64,000 nucleotides of DNA, from NCBI GenBank assembly GCA_016180065.1, contig JACPBY010000002.1, positions 2,214 through 66,213 of the forward strand, given 5' to 3'. Source of the stretch: Candidatus Woesearchaeota archaeon. Lineage in GTDB: Archaea > Nanobdellota > Nanobdellia > Woesearchaeales > UBA10216. Under the pieces are notes generated by a model. It was not told the DNA's origin. It worked only from the letters and a program-made list of their open reading frames with translations, and did no database searches. The translations under genes were made by a program, and so were the position numbers. This document shows positions 36,538 through 45,774 of this stretch, piece by piece; position 1 is the stretch's first letter; the number at the start of each line of letters is the position of its first letter.

Positions 36538-37737
36538 ATGGAAAAAGGAAAAAACACAACTGCAATCATGATTGCATTGCTTGCTTTTCTGGCTGCGAGC
36601 TTCTTTTTGGATGACATAGCGGCTGCTGCCGTTAAAGAAATCCAATCAGGGCTGATTACTGCAGCTGTTGACGCATTCAACAGGTTCTACATCTGGATTT
36701 ATGTTGCGTTTCTAGCAGCCAGCGCAGCTGCCATCCTGAAAGCGAAGACGAAAGAAAACAAAGCAAGGAATATCCTTGCAACGGCTTCATCCATCCTGAT
36801 GGCAATCACTGCCACTCACATCCTAAAACTCATCATACAGCGGGGAAGGCCTGACGGCATGCCTTTCCTGAATCCCCTGTTTGGAACAACAGACTACTCA
36901 TTCCCAAGCGGGCATACCACGGCAGCAGCGGCAGGGCTTTTTTCCGCGCCCACCACATTAAGGCTATCCTGGCTGGCCTTTACTTTGGTGACAATTTTCT
37001 CAAGGCTTTATGCAAACAAGCACTTCCTGAGCGACACTATTGCCGGGTTGATTGTGGCATTTGCTGTTGCTGCGTTTGTAAAAAGCAGGCTCAAGGAAAA
37101 CCCCAATGCGGAAGACTGGCTGGAGCTGAGAAGGCAGCTCGTGCATCTGGCAATCGGGCTTGCAATTGCATGGCTTGCCTGGAAATACGGCTTTGCAGGC
37201 TATGCCCTTATTGCTGCAGCTGCAGCAGGCATTTTGCTTTCTTACACCATTAAAACGGCAGCTATTGTGAAAAATGCGGCTGCAAAACGGCTGCGAAACC
37301 TTGCTGTTGCCGCACTTGGAACTGTTGAAAGAAAAGATGAGCTGCAAAGGTTCCCGGGCAGAGGGGCAATAATGCTTTTTCTTGGAAGCGGGATTACAGC
37401 AGCGATATTCAGCAAGGAAATCGCTGTTGCAGCCATACTTGTGCTGGCGGTTGGCGACTCAATGAGCCATCTGGCAGGAAGGCTTATCGGAAAGACAAGG
37501 CACAAATGGCCATTTATTGAGGAAAAAATGGCAGAAGGGACTGTTGCCGGAATTGTTTTCGCTTCTGCTGTTGCAGCCATAATCCATCCTGCCTGGCAGG
37601 CGATTGCTTCCTCTGCCGCAGCGATGACTGTGGAAGCGCTGCACATAAAAATCCTTGGAAGAAGAATTGATGACAACCTGACAGTGCCGGTGGTGGCGGC
37701 AGTTGTGCTGAGACTCTTGGGTTTGGTGTCACAATAG
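36538..37737 (+). CDS. PAP2 phosphatase fused to a dolichol/polyprenol kinase-like (CTP-transferase-1 family) domain
   Basis: PAP2 motifs KLIIQRGRPDG, PSGHT and SRLYANKHFLSD in the N-terminal half. VGDSMSHLAGRLIGKTRHKWPFIEEKMAEGTVAG in the C-terminal half. Polytopic membrane protein. Confidence 0.6.
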   Translation: MEKGKNTTAIMIALLAFLAASFFLDDIAAAAVKEIQSGLITAAVDAFNRFYIWIYVAFLAASAAAILKAKTKENKARNILATASSILMAITATHILKLIIQRGRPDGMPFLNPLFGTTDYSFPSGHTTAAAAGLFSAPTTLRLSWLAFTLVTIFSRLYANKHFLSDTIAGLIVAFAVAAFVKSRLKENPNAEDWLELRRQLVHLAIGLAIAWLAWKYGFAGYALIAAAAAGILLSYTIKTAAIVKNAAAKRLRNLAVAALGTVERKDELQRFPGRGAIMLFLGSGITAAIFSKEIAVAAILVLAVGDSMSHLAGRLIGKTRHKWPFIEEKMAEGTVAGIVFASAVAAIIHPAWQAIASSAAAMTVEALHIKILGRRIDDNLTVPVVAAVVLRLLGLVSQ

Positions 37738-37768
37738 ATTTTTATAGTTATGATAATCGGGAAGGAAT

Positions 37769-38032
37769 ATGCCTGATAATGCTTTGTTGAATACTGTTGT
37801 TGGCATTACAAGCGTTGCGCTCGGCATAATTGCTTTGGTGAATATCGAGTTTAGAGTGTCTTTTGCCTTTGCAGCAGCGATTTTAATTCTCGGAATTGTT
37901 GTTTATCAGCTCTTCGGGGATATGGACAATTTGAAAAAAGACCAGCGGAAGGTCCTTGAAAGGACTGATATCTACAAGGAACTCGTTGATATTAAAGCCG
38001 ATATTAAAAACTTAAAGAGGGAAAAAGCATGA
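37769..38032 (+). CDS. Small membrane protein with a C-terminal coiled coil (87 aa)
   Basis: Two TM helices followed by a charged helix. AT-richer than the flanking sequence. Confidence 0.5.
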   Translation: MPDNALLNTVVGITSVALGIIALVNIEFRVSFAFAAAILILGIVVYQLFGDMDNLKKDQRKVLERTDIYKELVDIKADIKNLKREKA

Positions 38033-38166
38033 ACTCAAGAAAAGGCCAGATAAATCCGAAGCAGCTAATCCAGATTGCTGTAGCTATCACAATATTGCTT
38101 GTGTTGTATTTAATATATCAGGTTATAAGAGCCCAGTTTGGAAAAGGGCAAGGTATAGAAATATAA
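38029..38166 (+). CDS. Small single-TM protein (45 aa)
   Basis: I translated it by hand as MNSRKGQINPKQLIQIAVAITILLVLYLIYQVIRAQFGKGQGIEI*. Its ATG overlaps the upstream TGA (ATGA coupling). Confidence 0.35.
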   Translation: MNSRKGQINPKQLIQIAVAITILLVLYLIYQVIRAQFGKGQGIEI

Positions 38167-38171
38167 GTTGC

Positions 38172-38813
38172 TCATTTTGCGCCCCACACCTTTCCCTCTG
38201 CTGCAATAACTTTGATTTTTTCGCCGGGAACAAGCTTTGAGCCTTTGGTTACGGGCAGGACAGGCACGCTCTGGAACGTTTCAGGATGGATTATTTCAAG
38301 ATAAGGCTGCACTTTGGAAACAACAGCCTTGACAGGGCTGAGCTTTTCAAAGTTCCTGACCGCGTCCCTGTATGCAAGCTCAAACAGCCTGCTGTTCTCA
38401 ACTCCTTCGACGACCACAAGCCGGCCAATGCTTGAAACCCTGAACGCCTTCCCCTCAAAAAGGACGAAATCGCCTGCCTTGAACGGCGCAGCCCTGAAAA
38501 GCACAGTAACCCTGTACAGGACCCTGCTGGTCTGCCTGTGCTGTGAGAACAGCTTCCTTGAAACCTTAAGCTCCCCTCCCATTGCCCGGAAAAGCTCCCT
38601 GCCAGCCTCAACCGCGAATCTGTTTGAGCTCAGGTAAATGTCAATGCCGTTTGTGACCTTCTTCTTTTTTGAAATGAAAATATCTTCCTGGCCTTTAGCC
38701 TTTACCTTCTCAACAACAGAGTGCAGGACATCACCTGCCTCCCTTGGAGATGCCCTTACCTGAAGGATGGCTTCATAATAAGAGCTGTGCCTTTGGTTAT
38801 GCCGAGCAGCCAT
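38172..38813 (-). CDS. NMD3-like protein lacking the N-terminal Cys4 zinc-finger region
   Basis: YYEAILQVR...GIDIYLSS...FRV resembles the NMD3 core. No CxxC pairs are present. The start is ATG 38813 or GTG 38861. Confidence 0.45.
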   Translation of the reverse strand: MAARHNQRHSSYYEAILQVRASPREAGDVLHSVVEKVKAKGQEDIFISKKKKVTNGIDIYLSSNRFAVEAGRELFRAMGGELKVSRKLFSQHRQTSRVLYRVTVLFRAAPFKAGDFVLFEGKAFRVSSIGRLVVVEGVENSRLFELAYRDAVRNFEKLSPVKAVVSKVQPYLEIIHPETFQSVPVLPVTKGSKLVPGEKIKVIAAEGKVWGAK

Positions 38814-38869
38814 GCATTTAGCTAAAAGCGATACCTTTTTATGTGTTGTGGGAAGAGCCACGATTCACC

Positions 38870-39472
38870 ATGGCAGGGGTGAAAGGCTTCAGGCAAACGC
38901 TAAAGCGCGCCTGGAGATTCTTGTGGAACGACAACAGCGTGTGGAGCTGGGCTGTAAACGCCCTGCTTGCGTTCCTGCTAATCAAATTCGCTGTTTACCC
39001 GGCGCTCGGGCTTGCGTTGCAGACAAACCATCCTGTTGTTGCAGTCATAAGCGACAGCATGCTGCACACCGCGAATTTTGACACATGGTGGGAAAGCATG
39101 GGAAAAAACTATGCAAAGCATAACATAACGAAAGAACAGTTCATGCAGTTCAAGATGAGTGATGGATTCAGCAGGGGAGATATCATCATCCTCAAAGGAA
39201 AGAAGCCTGAAAAAATAGAAATCGGGAACATAATTGTTTTTGACAGCAACCTGCCTGAGCCTATAATCCACAGGGTAGTTGGCAAATGGGAAGCGGACGG
39301 GGCATATTATTTCTCGACAAAAGGGGACAGGAACGTGGACCAAAGGCCTGAGGAAAAAGCGATAAGGCAGGACAGGGTTGTTGGGACCGCCTGGATAAAG
39401 GTGCCGTATTTTGGCTATGTCAAGATAGCGTTTACAAACCTTGTCAATGCCGTAAAAGGCAAGGTAAGATAG
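38870..39472 (+). CDS. Signal peptidase I, archaeal/eukaryal Sec11 type
   Basis: TM anchor, catalytic Ser box VISDSM, GDIIILKG, His box IIHRVV and TKGDRN. Confidence 0.8.
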   Translation: MAGVKGFRQTLKRAWRFLWNDNSVWSWAVNALLAFLLIKFAVYPALGLALQTNHPVVAVISDSMLHTANFDTWWESMGKNYAKHNITKEQFMQFKMSDGFSRGDIIILKGKKPEKIEIGNIIVFDSNLPEPIIHRVVGKWEADGAYYFSTKGDRNVDQRPEEKAIRQDRVVGTAWIKVPYFGYVKIAFTNLVNAVKGKVR

Positions 39473-39495
39473 CGAGAAGGGAAAAGGTGAACGGG

Positions 39496-39831
39496 ATGTT
39501 TTGCCAAAAGTGCGGCTCAGTGCTTATGCCGAAAAAGGCTGAGGGAAAGGAAAAGGCAGCGCTTGCGTGCAGAAGCTGCGGGCACTCAGCCGTAAATGCG
39601 GAAGCCGCAAAGATAACTGAAAGCATCAAGAAGAAAGCTCCGCATGAAGAGCGGCTGTTCGAGCCTGCTGCAGAAGACAAGATAACTGCACCGGTAACCG
39701 AGGCAGAATGCCCAAAATGCCACAATGACAAGGCCTATTACTGGACAAGGCAGACCAGGGCAGGGGACGAGGGCGAAACAAAGTTCCACCAATGCACAAG
39801 CTGCAAGCACAAATGGCGGGAGTATGGATAG
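39496..39831 (+). CDS. tfs: Transcription factor S (TFIIS/RpoM-like cleavage factor)
   Basis: N-terminal zinc ribbon CQKCG...CRSCG. C-terminal ribbon CPKCHNDKAYYWTRQTRAGDEGETKFHQCTSCKHKW with the acidic DE hairpin. Confidence 0.85.
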   Translation: MFCQKCGSVLMPKKAEGKEKAALACRSCGHSAVNAEAAKITESIKKKAPHEERLFEPAAEDKITAPVTEAECPKCHNDKAYYWTRQTRAGDEGETKFHQCTSCKHKWREYG

Positions 39832-40108
39832 CAGCAGCGAATTTGCAGAAGCAGCTAATTTAGAAAAAATAGCTGTTGTTGTAAAGCCAAACAGCAGCAA
39901 AAACGAAATAATCAGCTACAACAGCGAGAAAAAAGCATGGATGGTTAACATAAAAGCTGCTGCCGAGAAAGACAAGGCAAATAAAGAGCTGCTGAAATTT
40001 ATGAAGAAAGAAACCGGCAGGGCATGGATGATAAAAACAGGCCTGCACAGCAGGGAAAAAGTTTTGGCGGGCATTACTTCTTCTCAAAGAAATCTTCCAG
40101 GTCTATGA
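39824..40108 (+). CDS. DUF167 (YggU) family protein
   Basis: IAVVVKPNSSKNEI...VNIKAAAEKDKANKELLKFMKK...IKTGLHSREKV fits the DUF167 pattern. The ATG overlaps the tfs stop region. Confidence 0.65.
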   Translation: MDSSSEFAEAANLEKIAVVVKPNSSKNEIISYNSEKKAWMVNIKAAAEKDKANKELLKFMKKETGRAWMIKTGLHSREKVLAGITSSQRNLPGL

Positions 40109-42458
40109 CGTCCTCGCCTTCTTCGCCCGCTTCTTTCTCTTCTTCCTTCACTGCCTTTGCTTTTTCTTTCTTTACGGAAGCTTTTCCGGGCTTGTGCTCC
40201 TTCTTTGCCTCTTTTTTCTCATCATGCTTCCCTGCTTCCTGCTTCCCTTCCTTCCCGAACAATGCTTTGTAAGCAAGGAAAAGGACAACAAGGACGACGA
40301 AAGCAACGGCCGCATAATACCGCCTGAAGCCTGCCCTGCCAACCACTCCGCCTGACGTGGCTGTCATGTTGACTTCTGCGGTTTCATTCAGCTCAAGCTT
40401 AAGCGCCTTAAGAGCAGGGCATTTTTCAACAGAACCGACAAAGCACCTGCACTGCTGGCTGAGGTTGTCAAAGTAGCAGTCAAACCAATACTCGGAATCT
40501 GAGCGCTTCGAGCATTCAAGCTGCCTCTTGCAGCCCTGGTTCTTCTCTGCCCGTGTCAGCTCTTTGGTTACGCTTGCTTCAGTTATGTTTGCTTCCGTCA
40601 CGTTTGCTGAGGTTACGTTAGCTGCCGACTCGTTTGAAACACTAACATTTTCAGTAACTTTTTCCGAAACATTTGCCTGCTGCTGCTCTGATTCGGGCTG
40701 TTCAGCTGGCGGTGGCAGCTCAGGTTCAGCAGAAGGTACAGACAGCTCAGGCTCTGAAGGCAATGCGATTTCAGGCTGGACGACTGGCTGCTCCGGAAGT
40801 GTGGCATTTTCCTGCACTTCAGGTGCCTCACCGCCTTTCATAAGAACGTATGAAACAGAACCAAAAACCAGCAGTGCTATGATTATTGCTGAAACTGCAA
40901 GAGGAGACAGCCCTTTGCCTCGCCTGGCTTCTTTGCCTTCCCTGCCTTCCTTTGAATCTTCCTCTGCTTCCTCAATCAGCTCAGCAGCCGTCTTGGCTGC
41001 GACCTTGGCTGCTGATGAGCTTATCTTTGCCATTTCCACCTTTGCTGCTGCATCGGCCTTTGACAGGGACTTTATCTGGCTCCTCACTGCCTCAATCTCT
41101 GCTTTCAAGGAATCATGGTCTGAGCGGCTGTATGACTCAGACGACTTAAGCCTTTCCTCAAAAGCCTCCTTCTGCCGCTTAATCTCCTTTTTGGCTTCAT
41201 TGGACATTTCCTCAACAGACCTCTGCAGCCTGTCAATTTTTGATGCGAAATCGCTGAAAGGAACGAATTCAGAGCTGAAGGCCTCAATTTTCTCCCTTGC
41301 CTTCTCAAGTTCCCTGGCATCTGCAAACCTTCCCTGCTGCCTGGAAAGCTGCTTTTCCACCTCCTTTCTCACAGAGTCAAGCTGGGCCTTAAGCGAGCCA
41401 AGCTGCTCTTCAACGCTGGCTGCCTTTGAGGCGACAGCAGACGACACTGATGAGCCTACTGAATCGGAAAGCGAGGAAAGCTGCTGCTTCAGCGAGCGCT
41501 TTGTCACATAATCGTCAAGGTTAACCTCGCTGACTGAAGATTCAATGAGCTGCCTTGTTTCATTGAGCTTTGACTTCAGCTCTGCAATGGCTTTTTCAAC
41601 AGAAGCCTTTTCAGCAAACTTCCTTGGCATGCTTTCGCTTATTGCGGATATTGCGCTTTCCGATGCTGCAAGCTTTTCAGAAAGCGAACCAAGCTTTTCC
41701 TCAAAAGAACCAACAAAAAAAGCCTTTTTGTCAACATCGCGCTTCAAGGAAGCAAACTCTCTTGACATCCCCTGATGGGATGACTCAATCCTGCCAGTGA
41801 ATGATGCAATGTCCTCCTTTACAACAGCCTGGGCTGCCAGCGAGTTCAGTTTTGAAGCTAAACTGGCAACGCTTTCCTTAAGCTTTGCAAGGGAAGAGGA
41901 CAGCGATGCCACGCTGCTGCTGCCTTCTGAAACAACAGGCTTAATGGAGCTGAGCTCCTCATTCAGCTTTGAAAGCGCTTCTGACAATGGGAAAATCCCG
42001 CTTTTGCTTTCTGCCGCAGATGATTTCAAGGAAGAAAGCTCTGCCTTAATCCTGGCCAGCTCTTTGGAGAATTCCGGCTTCGGAACAGAAATGCCCTCAA
42101 GCTCAAGAACCTTGCCTTGTAATTTCCTGACCTGGCGAACCTCTTCAGCCAGCTCATCCCTTCCTTCAATAGCATCCCTTAAAGCTGAAATCTCCTTCTT
42201 TATCTGGGCTGCCAGCGCTTCAACATCCTCGGCATCTGACTTAACAGCAAACCTGCTCTCAAGCTCCTCAACCTTCTGACCGAGGCGCTTGATGAAGGCG
42301 TAAAACTCCTCCTTCTGAAGGACATCGCCAAGGGACTTGTTAATCGTTTCAACAGAAAAAAGCTGCTTGTTCAGTGCCCTCTTAAGCTGAAGAAGGTCAT
42401 CTTTCACCCTGGCAAAAGACTTCTTAACCTCTTCTTCTGAAACGGCCAACTTTCCCAA
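40074..42458 (-). CDS. Large coiled-coil membrane protein with a glycosylation-sequon-rich, Cys-containing loop and a Lys-rich tail
   Basis: About 500 aa of heptad-like sequence, then a TM segment, a Pro/Glu linker, six N-x-S/T sequons within ~35 aa, a 6-Cys segment, a second TM and a K/E-rich tail. TTG start preceded by GGGGGT. Confidence 0.7.
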   Translation of the reverse strand: MGKLAVSEEEVKKSFARVKDDLLQLKRALNKQLFSVETINKSLGDVLQKEEFYAFIKRLGQKVEELESRFAVKSDAEDVEALAAQIKKEISALRDAIEGRDELAEEVRQVRKLQGKVLELEGISVPKPEFSKELARIKAELSSLKSSAAESKSGIFPLSEALSKLNEELSSIKPVVSEGSSSVASLSSSLAKLKESVASLASKLNSLAAQAVVKEDIASFTGRIESSHQGMSREFASLKRDVDKKAFFVGSFEEKLGSLSEKLAASESAISAISESMPRKFAEKASVEKAIAELKSKLNETRQLIESSVSEVNLDDYVTKRSLKQQLSSLSDSVGSSVSSAVASKAASVEEQLGSLKAQLDSVRKEVEKQLSRQQGRFADARELEKAREKIEAFSSEFVPFSDFASKIDRLQRSVEEMSNEAKKEIKRQKEAFEERLKSSESYSRSDHDSLKAEIEAVRSQIKSLSKADAAAKVEMAKISSSAAKVAAKTAAELIEEAEEDSKEGREGKEARRGKGLSPLAVSAIIIALLVFGSVSYVLMKGGEAPEVQENATLPEQPVVQPEIALPSEPELSVPSAEPELPPPAEQPESEQQQANVSEKVTENVSVSNESAANVTSANVTEANITEASVTKELTRAEKNQGCKRQLECSKRSDSEYWFDCYFDNLSQQCRCFVGSVEKCPALKALKLELNETAEVNMTATSGGVVGRAGFRRYYAAVAFVVLVVLFLAYKALFGKEGKQEAGKHDEKKEAKKEHKPGKASVKKEKAKAVKEEEKEAGEEGEDVIDLEDFFEKK

Positions 42459-42496
42459 AACCCCCGAACTGAAATTAGCTATGATTTAGTGATAGG

Positions 42497-42508
42497 TTTA
42501 TATATAAA
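42497..42508 (-). promoter_or_regulatory. TATA-box candidate for the coiled-coil protein gene
   Basis: The minus strand reads TTTATATATAAA about 45 nt upstream of the start at 42458. Confidence 0.35.
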
Positions 42509-42596
42509 CTTTTTGGTAATGAATATCACTGCCTTGTAATGGGAATCAGCTTCCTTGTCTGCATCACATAATCATTGTAAACTTCAGGGCTCTTAC

Positions 42597-43799
42597 CTAG
42601 CTCTCAGCTTTATTTTTGAGCAGCGCCGCAATTCCGGGCAGCTCCTTGCCCTCCAGAAGCTCAAGCATTGCCCCCCCACCGGTTGAGGAATGCGAGAATT
42701 TGCCCTTTAAGCCTGCCTTATCAACTGCCGAAATGGTGTCACCTCCGCCAATTATTGTTGTTGCCTTTCCCGTCATTTCAGAGATTGCCTTTGCAACTGC
42801 CAAAGTGCCCCCTGCAAAATTGCCAAGCTCAAAAACACCCATTGGGCCGTTCCAGATTATTGTTGCGGCTTCGGAAATCTCCTTGCAAAAGCGCCTTACT
42901 GACTCAGGGCCGATGTCCAACCCCCTCCAGCCAGCTGGAATTTCGCTGGCAGCAACGACCTGCGAATTTGCATCATTCTCAAAGCGGTCGGCCGCAACAA
43001 CGTCAACAGGCAAAACTATTTTGCCCTCAAACTCGTTAAGCAAATCGTCAGCCAAAGAGGCTTTATCCGCCTCAAATTTGCTGCTGCCGACAGCAAAGCC
43101 GCGAGAGCGGTAAAAGGTGAACATCATCGCTCCCCCGATGATGATTTTGTCAGCCTTCAACCCCAGGTTCCTTATAACCCCAATCTTGTCAGAGACCTTG
43201 GCACCGCCAAGGACAACAACGAATGGCCTGCGGGGCTTTTCGAGAGCGGCTGAGAGGGCTTTAACCTCCTTCTCAAGCAGCAAACCCGAATAGGAAGGCA
43301 GGTACTTGGGAACCCCGACTATTGAAGCCTGATTCCTATGCGAGCTTGAGAAAGCGTCATTGACATAAATTTCGCCGTTTTTTGCAAGTTCTTGAGCAAA
43401 TACATCATCGTTTACATCCTCTCCGGGGTTGAAAAGCACGTTCTCAAGGAAAACAACATCACCTGCGCTCATTTGCCTGATGACAGACCTAACCTCCTCA
43501 CCGATGCAGTCACCAAGCGGCTTGACTTCTTTTTTCAGCAGCTCAGACAAACGAGAGGCAACCTGCTTAACGCTAAGCGACGGAACAACCTTTCCGCCAG
43601 GCCTGCCAACTTTTGCCATGAGAACAAGCTTCGCATCTCTCTTGAGAAGGCACTCTATCGTCGGCAATGCCTCGACTATGCGGCTGTCATCTGTAACATT
43701 TCCAGCGTCATCCTTCGGGACATCCATCCCTGTCCTTACAAGGACAACCTTTCCGGAAACGTCAAGGTTTTTGTCTCTGATTGAAGGCAGCTTAACCAT
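42597..43799 (-). CDS. pgk: Phosphoglycerate kinase
   Basis: VLVRTGMDVP...DDSRI..ALPTI, and a C-terminal GGGDT...STGGGA. CTATATATA lies about 28 nt upstream of this ATG, so the mRNA is probably leaderless. The longer 43880 start runs into the tRNA. Confidence 0.9.
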   Translation of the reverse strand: MVKLPSIRDKNLDVSGKVVLVRTGMDVPKDDAGNVTDDSRIVEALPTIECLLKRDAKLVLMAKVGRPGGKVVPSLSVKQVASRLSELLKKEVKPLGDCIGEEVRSVIRQMSAGDVVFLENVLFNPGEDVNDDVFAQELAKNGEIYVNDAFSSSHRNQASIVGVPKYLPSYSGLLLEKEVKALSAALEKPRRPFVVVLGGAKVSDKIGVIRNLGLKADKIIIGGAMMFTFYRSRGFAVGSSKFEADKASLADDLLNEFEGKIVLPVDVVAADRFENDANSQVVAASEIPAGWRGLDIGPESVRRFCKEISEAATIIWNGPMGVFELGNFAGGTLAVAKAISEMTGKATTIIGGGDTISAVDKAGLKGKFSHSSTGGGAMLELLEGKELPGIAALLKNKAES

Positions 43800-43859
43800 G
43801 GCTATGGCTGGGAAGAAAAGCGTATATATAGTTTTTGCAGCCATCGCGTGAATATTGCA

Positions 43860-43967
43860 CGCCGCGGACGGGATTTTCACCTGCTTTGGGCAGGGTTTGA
43901 ACCCGTAAACCTTGGAGGGTTACCAGTTTCTGAAACTGGTGCGGCTACCTGGTTTCGCCACCGCGGC
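43860..43967 (-). tRNA. tRNA-Leu (anticodon CAG) with a ~22-nt insertion (putative intron) in the T-loop
   Basis: I folded it by hand. Acceptor GCCGCGG/CCGCGGC. D arm GCG-12 nt-CGC. Anticodon arm CCAGT-TTCAGAA-ACTGG. Variable arm AACC-CTCCAA-GGTT. T stem ACGGG/CCCGT encloses 29 nt instead of 7. Discriminator G. CCA is not encoded. Confidence 0.75.
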
Positions 43968-44238
43968 GGCAATCTAATTCGGGTTTTCTGTCTAAAAGAA
44001 GTTATGCCTCAATTTTCCGAAAATTATACGATAAATCCGGAAGTGTTACGGCTTCTGACGTAAATAATTCAGAAAAATGGCAAATTTCCGTATAAATTCC
44101 GGAATGCCCGAAAAAATTTGCTGCCAAAAAAACGAAAAGTATATTAATCAGCTTTGCCAAACAGGTTCTCAGGATCTTGGAGGGCACTTACCACATGGTG
44201 AGACGGTTGCCGGTTTCGGAACCCGGCTTTCTTTTTTC

Positions 44239-45321
<1,083 letters not shown>

Positions 45322-45344
45322 TTAAATATAAGTTCACAATAGTG

Positions 45345-45371
45345 AAAATTCTGCCAGCGAGGCAGAATTTT
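45345..45371. promoter_or_regulatory. Palindrome AAAATTCTGCC-AGCGA-GGCAGAATTTT upstream of the HTH regulator / suf operon
   Basis: 11-bp perfect arms. It starts about 13 nt downstream of a TTTAAATATA TATA-like box (45323-45332) and ends 29 nt upstream of the ATG at 45401. Confidence 0.6.
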
Positions 45372-45400
45372 TGGATATGAAACGAACGGGCTAACACTCT

Positions 45401-45769
45401 ATGACCTTGCAGACCATTCAGCCGCAGGAAGTGGAGGTATTCTACATACTTCCAACAATCAGGAGCAGGATGGCCTCCGCCATGAAAGAGCAGGGCATGA
45501 AGCAGAAAGACATAGCAGAGCTGCTGTGCGTCCAGGAGTCAACAATAAGCCAATACCTCAGCTCAAAAAGGGCAGCGGACGTAAAGCTTGGAAGCAAAGT
45601 TGACAAAGAAATAGCCGAGGCAGTGAAAAGGATAAAGACCAAGGAAGACCTTGTGAGGGAGACGCAGAAGATTCTGAGGACTGTAAAGGATGCAAGAATC
45701 CTGTGCAGGGTGCACAAGTCGGTTGCAGACATCCCTTCAGCATGCAACGTGTGCCCGTTCATCGGTTAG
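45401..45769 (+). CDS. XRE-like HTH regulator with a C-terminal Cys/His cluster
   Basis: HTH QKDIAELLCVQESTISQYLSSKR. The C-terminus is CRVHKSVADIPSACNVC. It ends 5 nt before sufB. Confidence 0.6.
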   Translation: MTLQTIQPQEVEVFYILPTIRSRMASAMKEQGMKQKDIAELLCVQESTISQYLSSKRAADVKLGSKVDKEIAEAVKRIKTKEDLVRETQKILRTVKDARILCRVHKSVADIPSACNVCPFIG

Positions 45770-45774
45770 GGAAA

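Noticed and set aside
35079-36565. Multiple minus-strand ORFs (104-154 aa) overlapping cca
   Set aside because: They are antisense artefacts. The class I nucleotidyltransferase motifs identify the plus-strand gene.
43800-43880. Upstream extension of pgk (MKIPSAACNIHAMAAKT…)
   Set aside because: The extension would overlap the 3' end of tRNA-Leu and would contain the TATA-like CTATATATA box. Canonical PGK N-termini begin near MVKLPSIRD.
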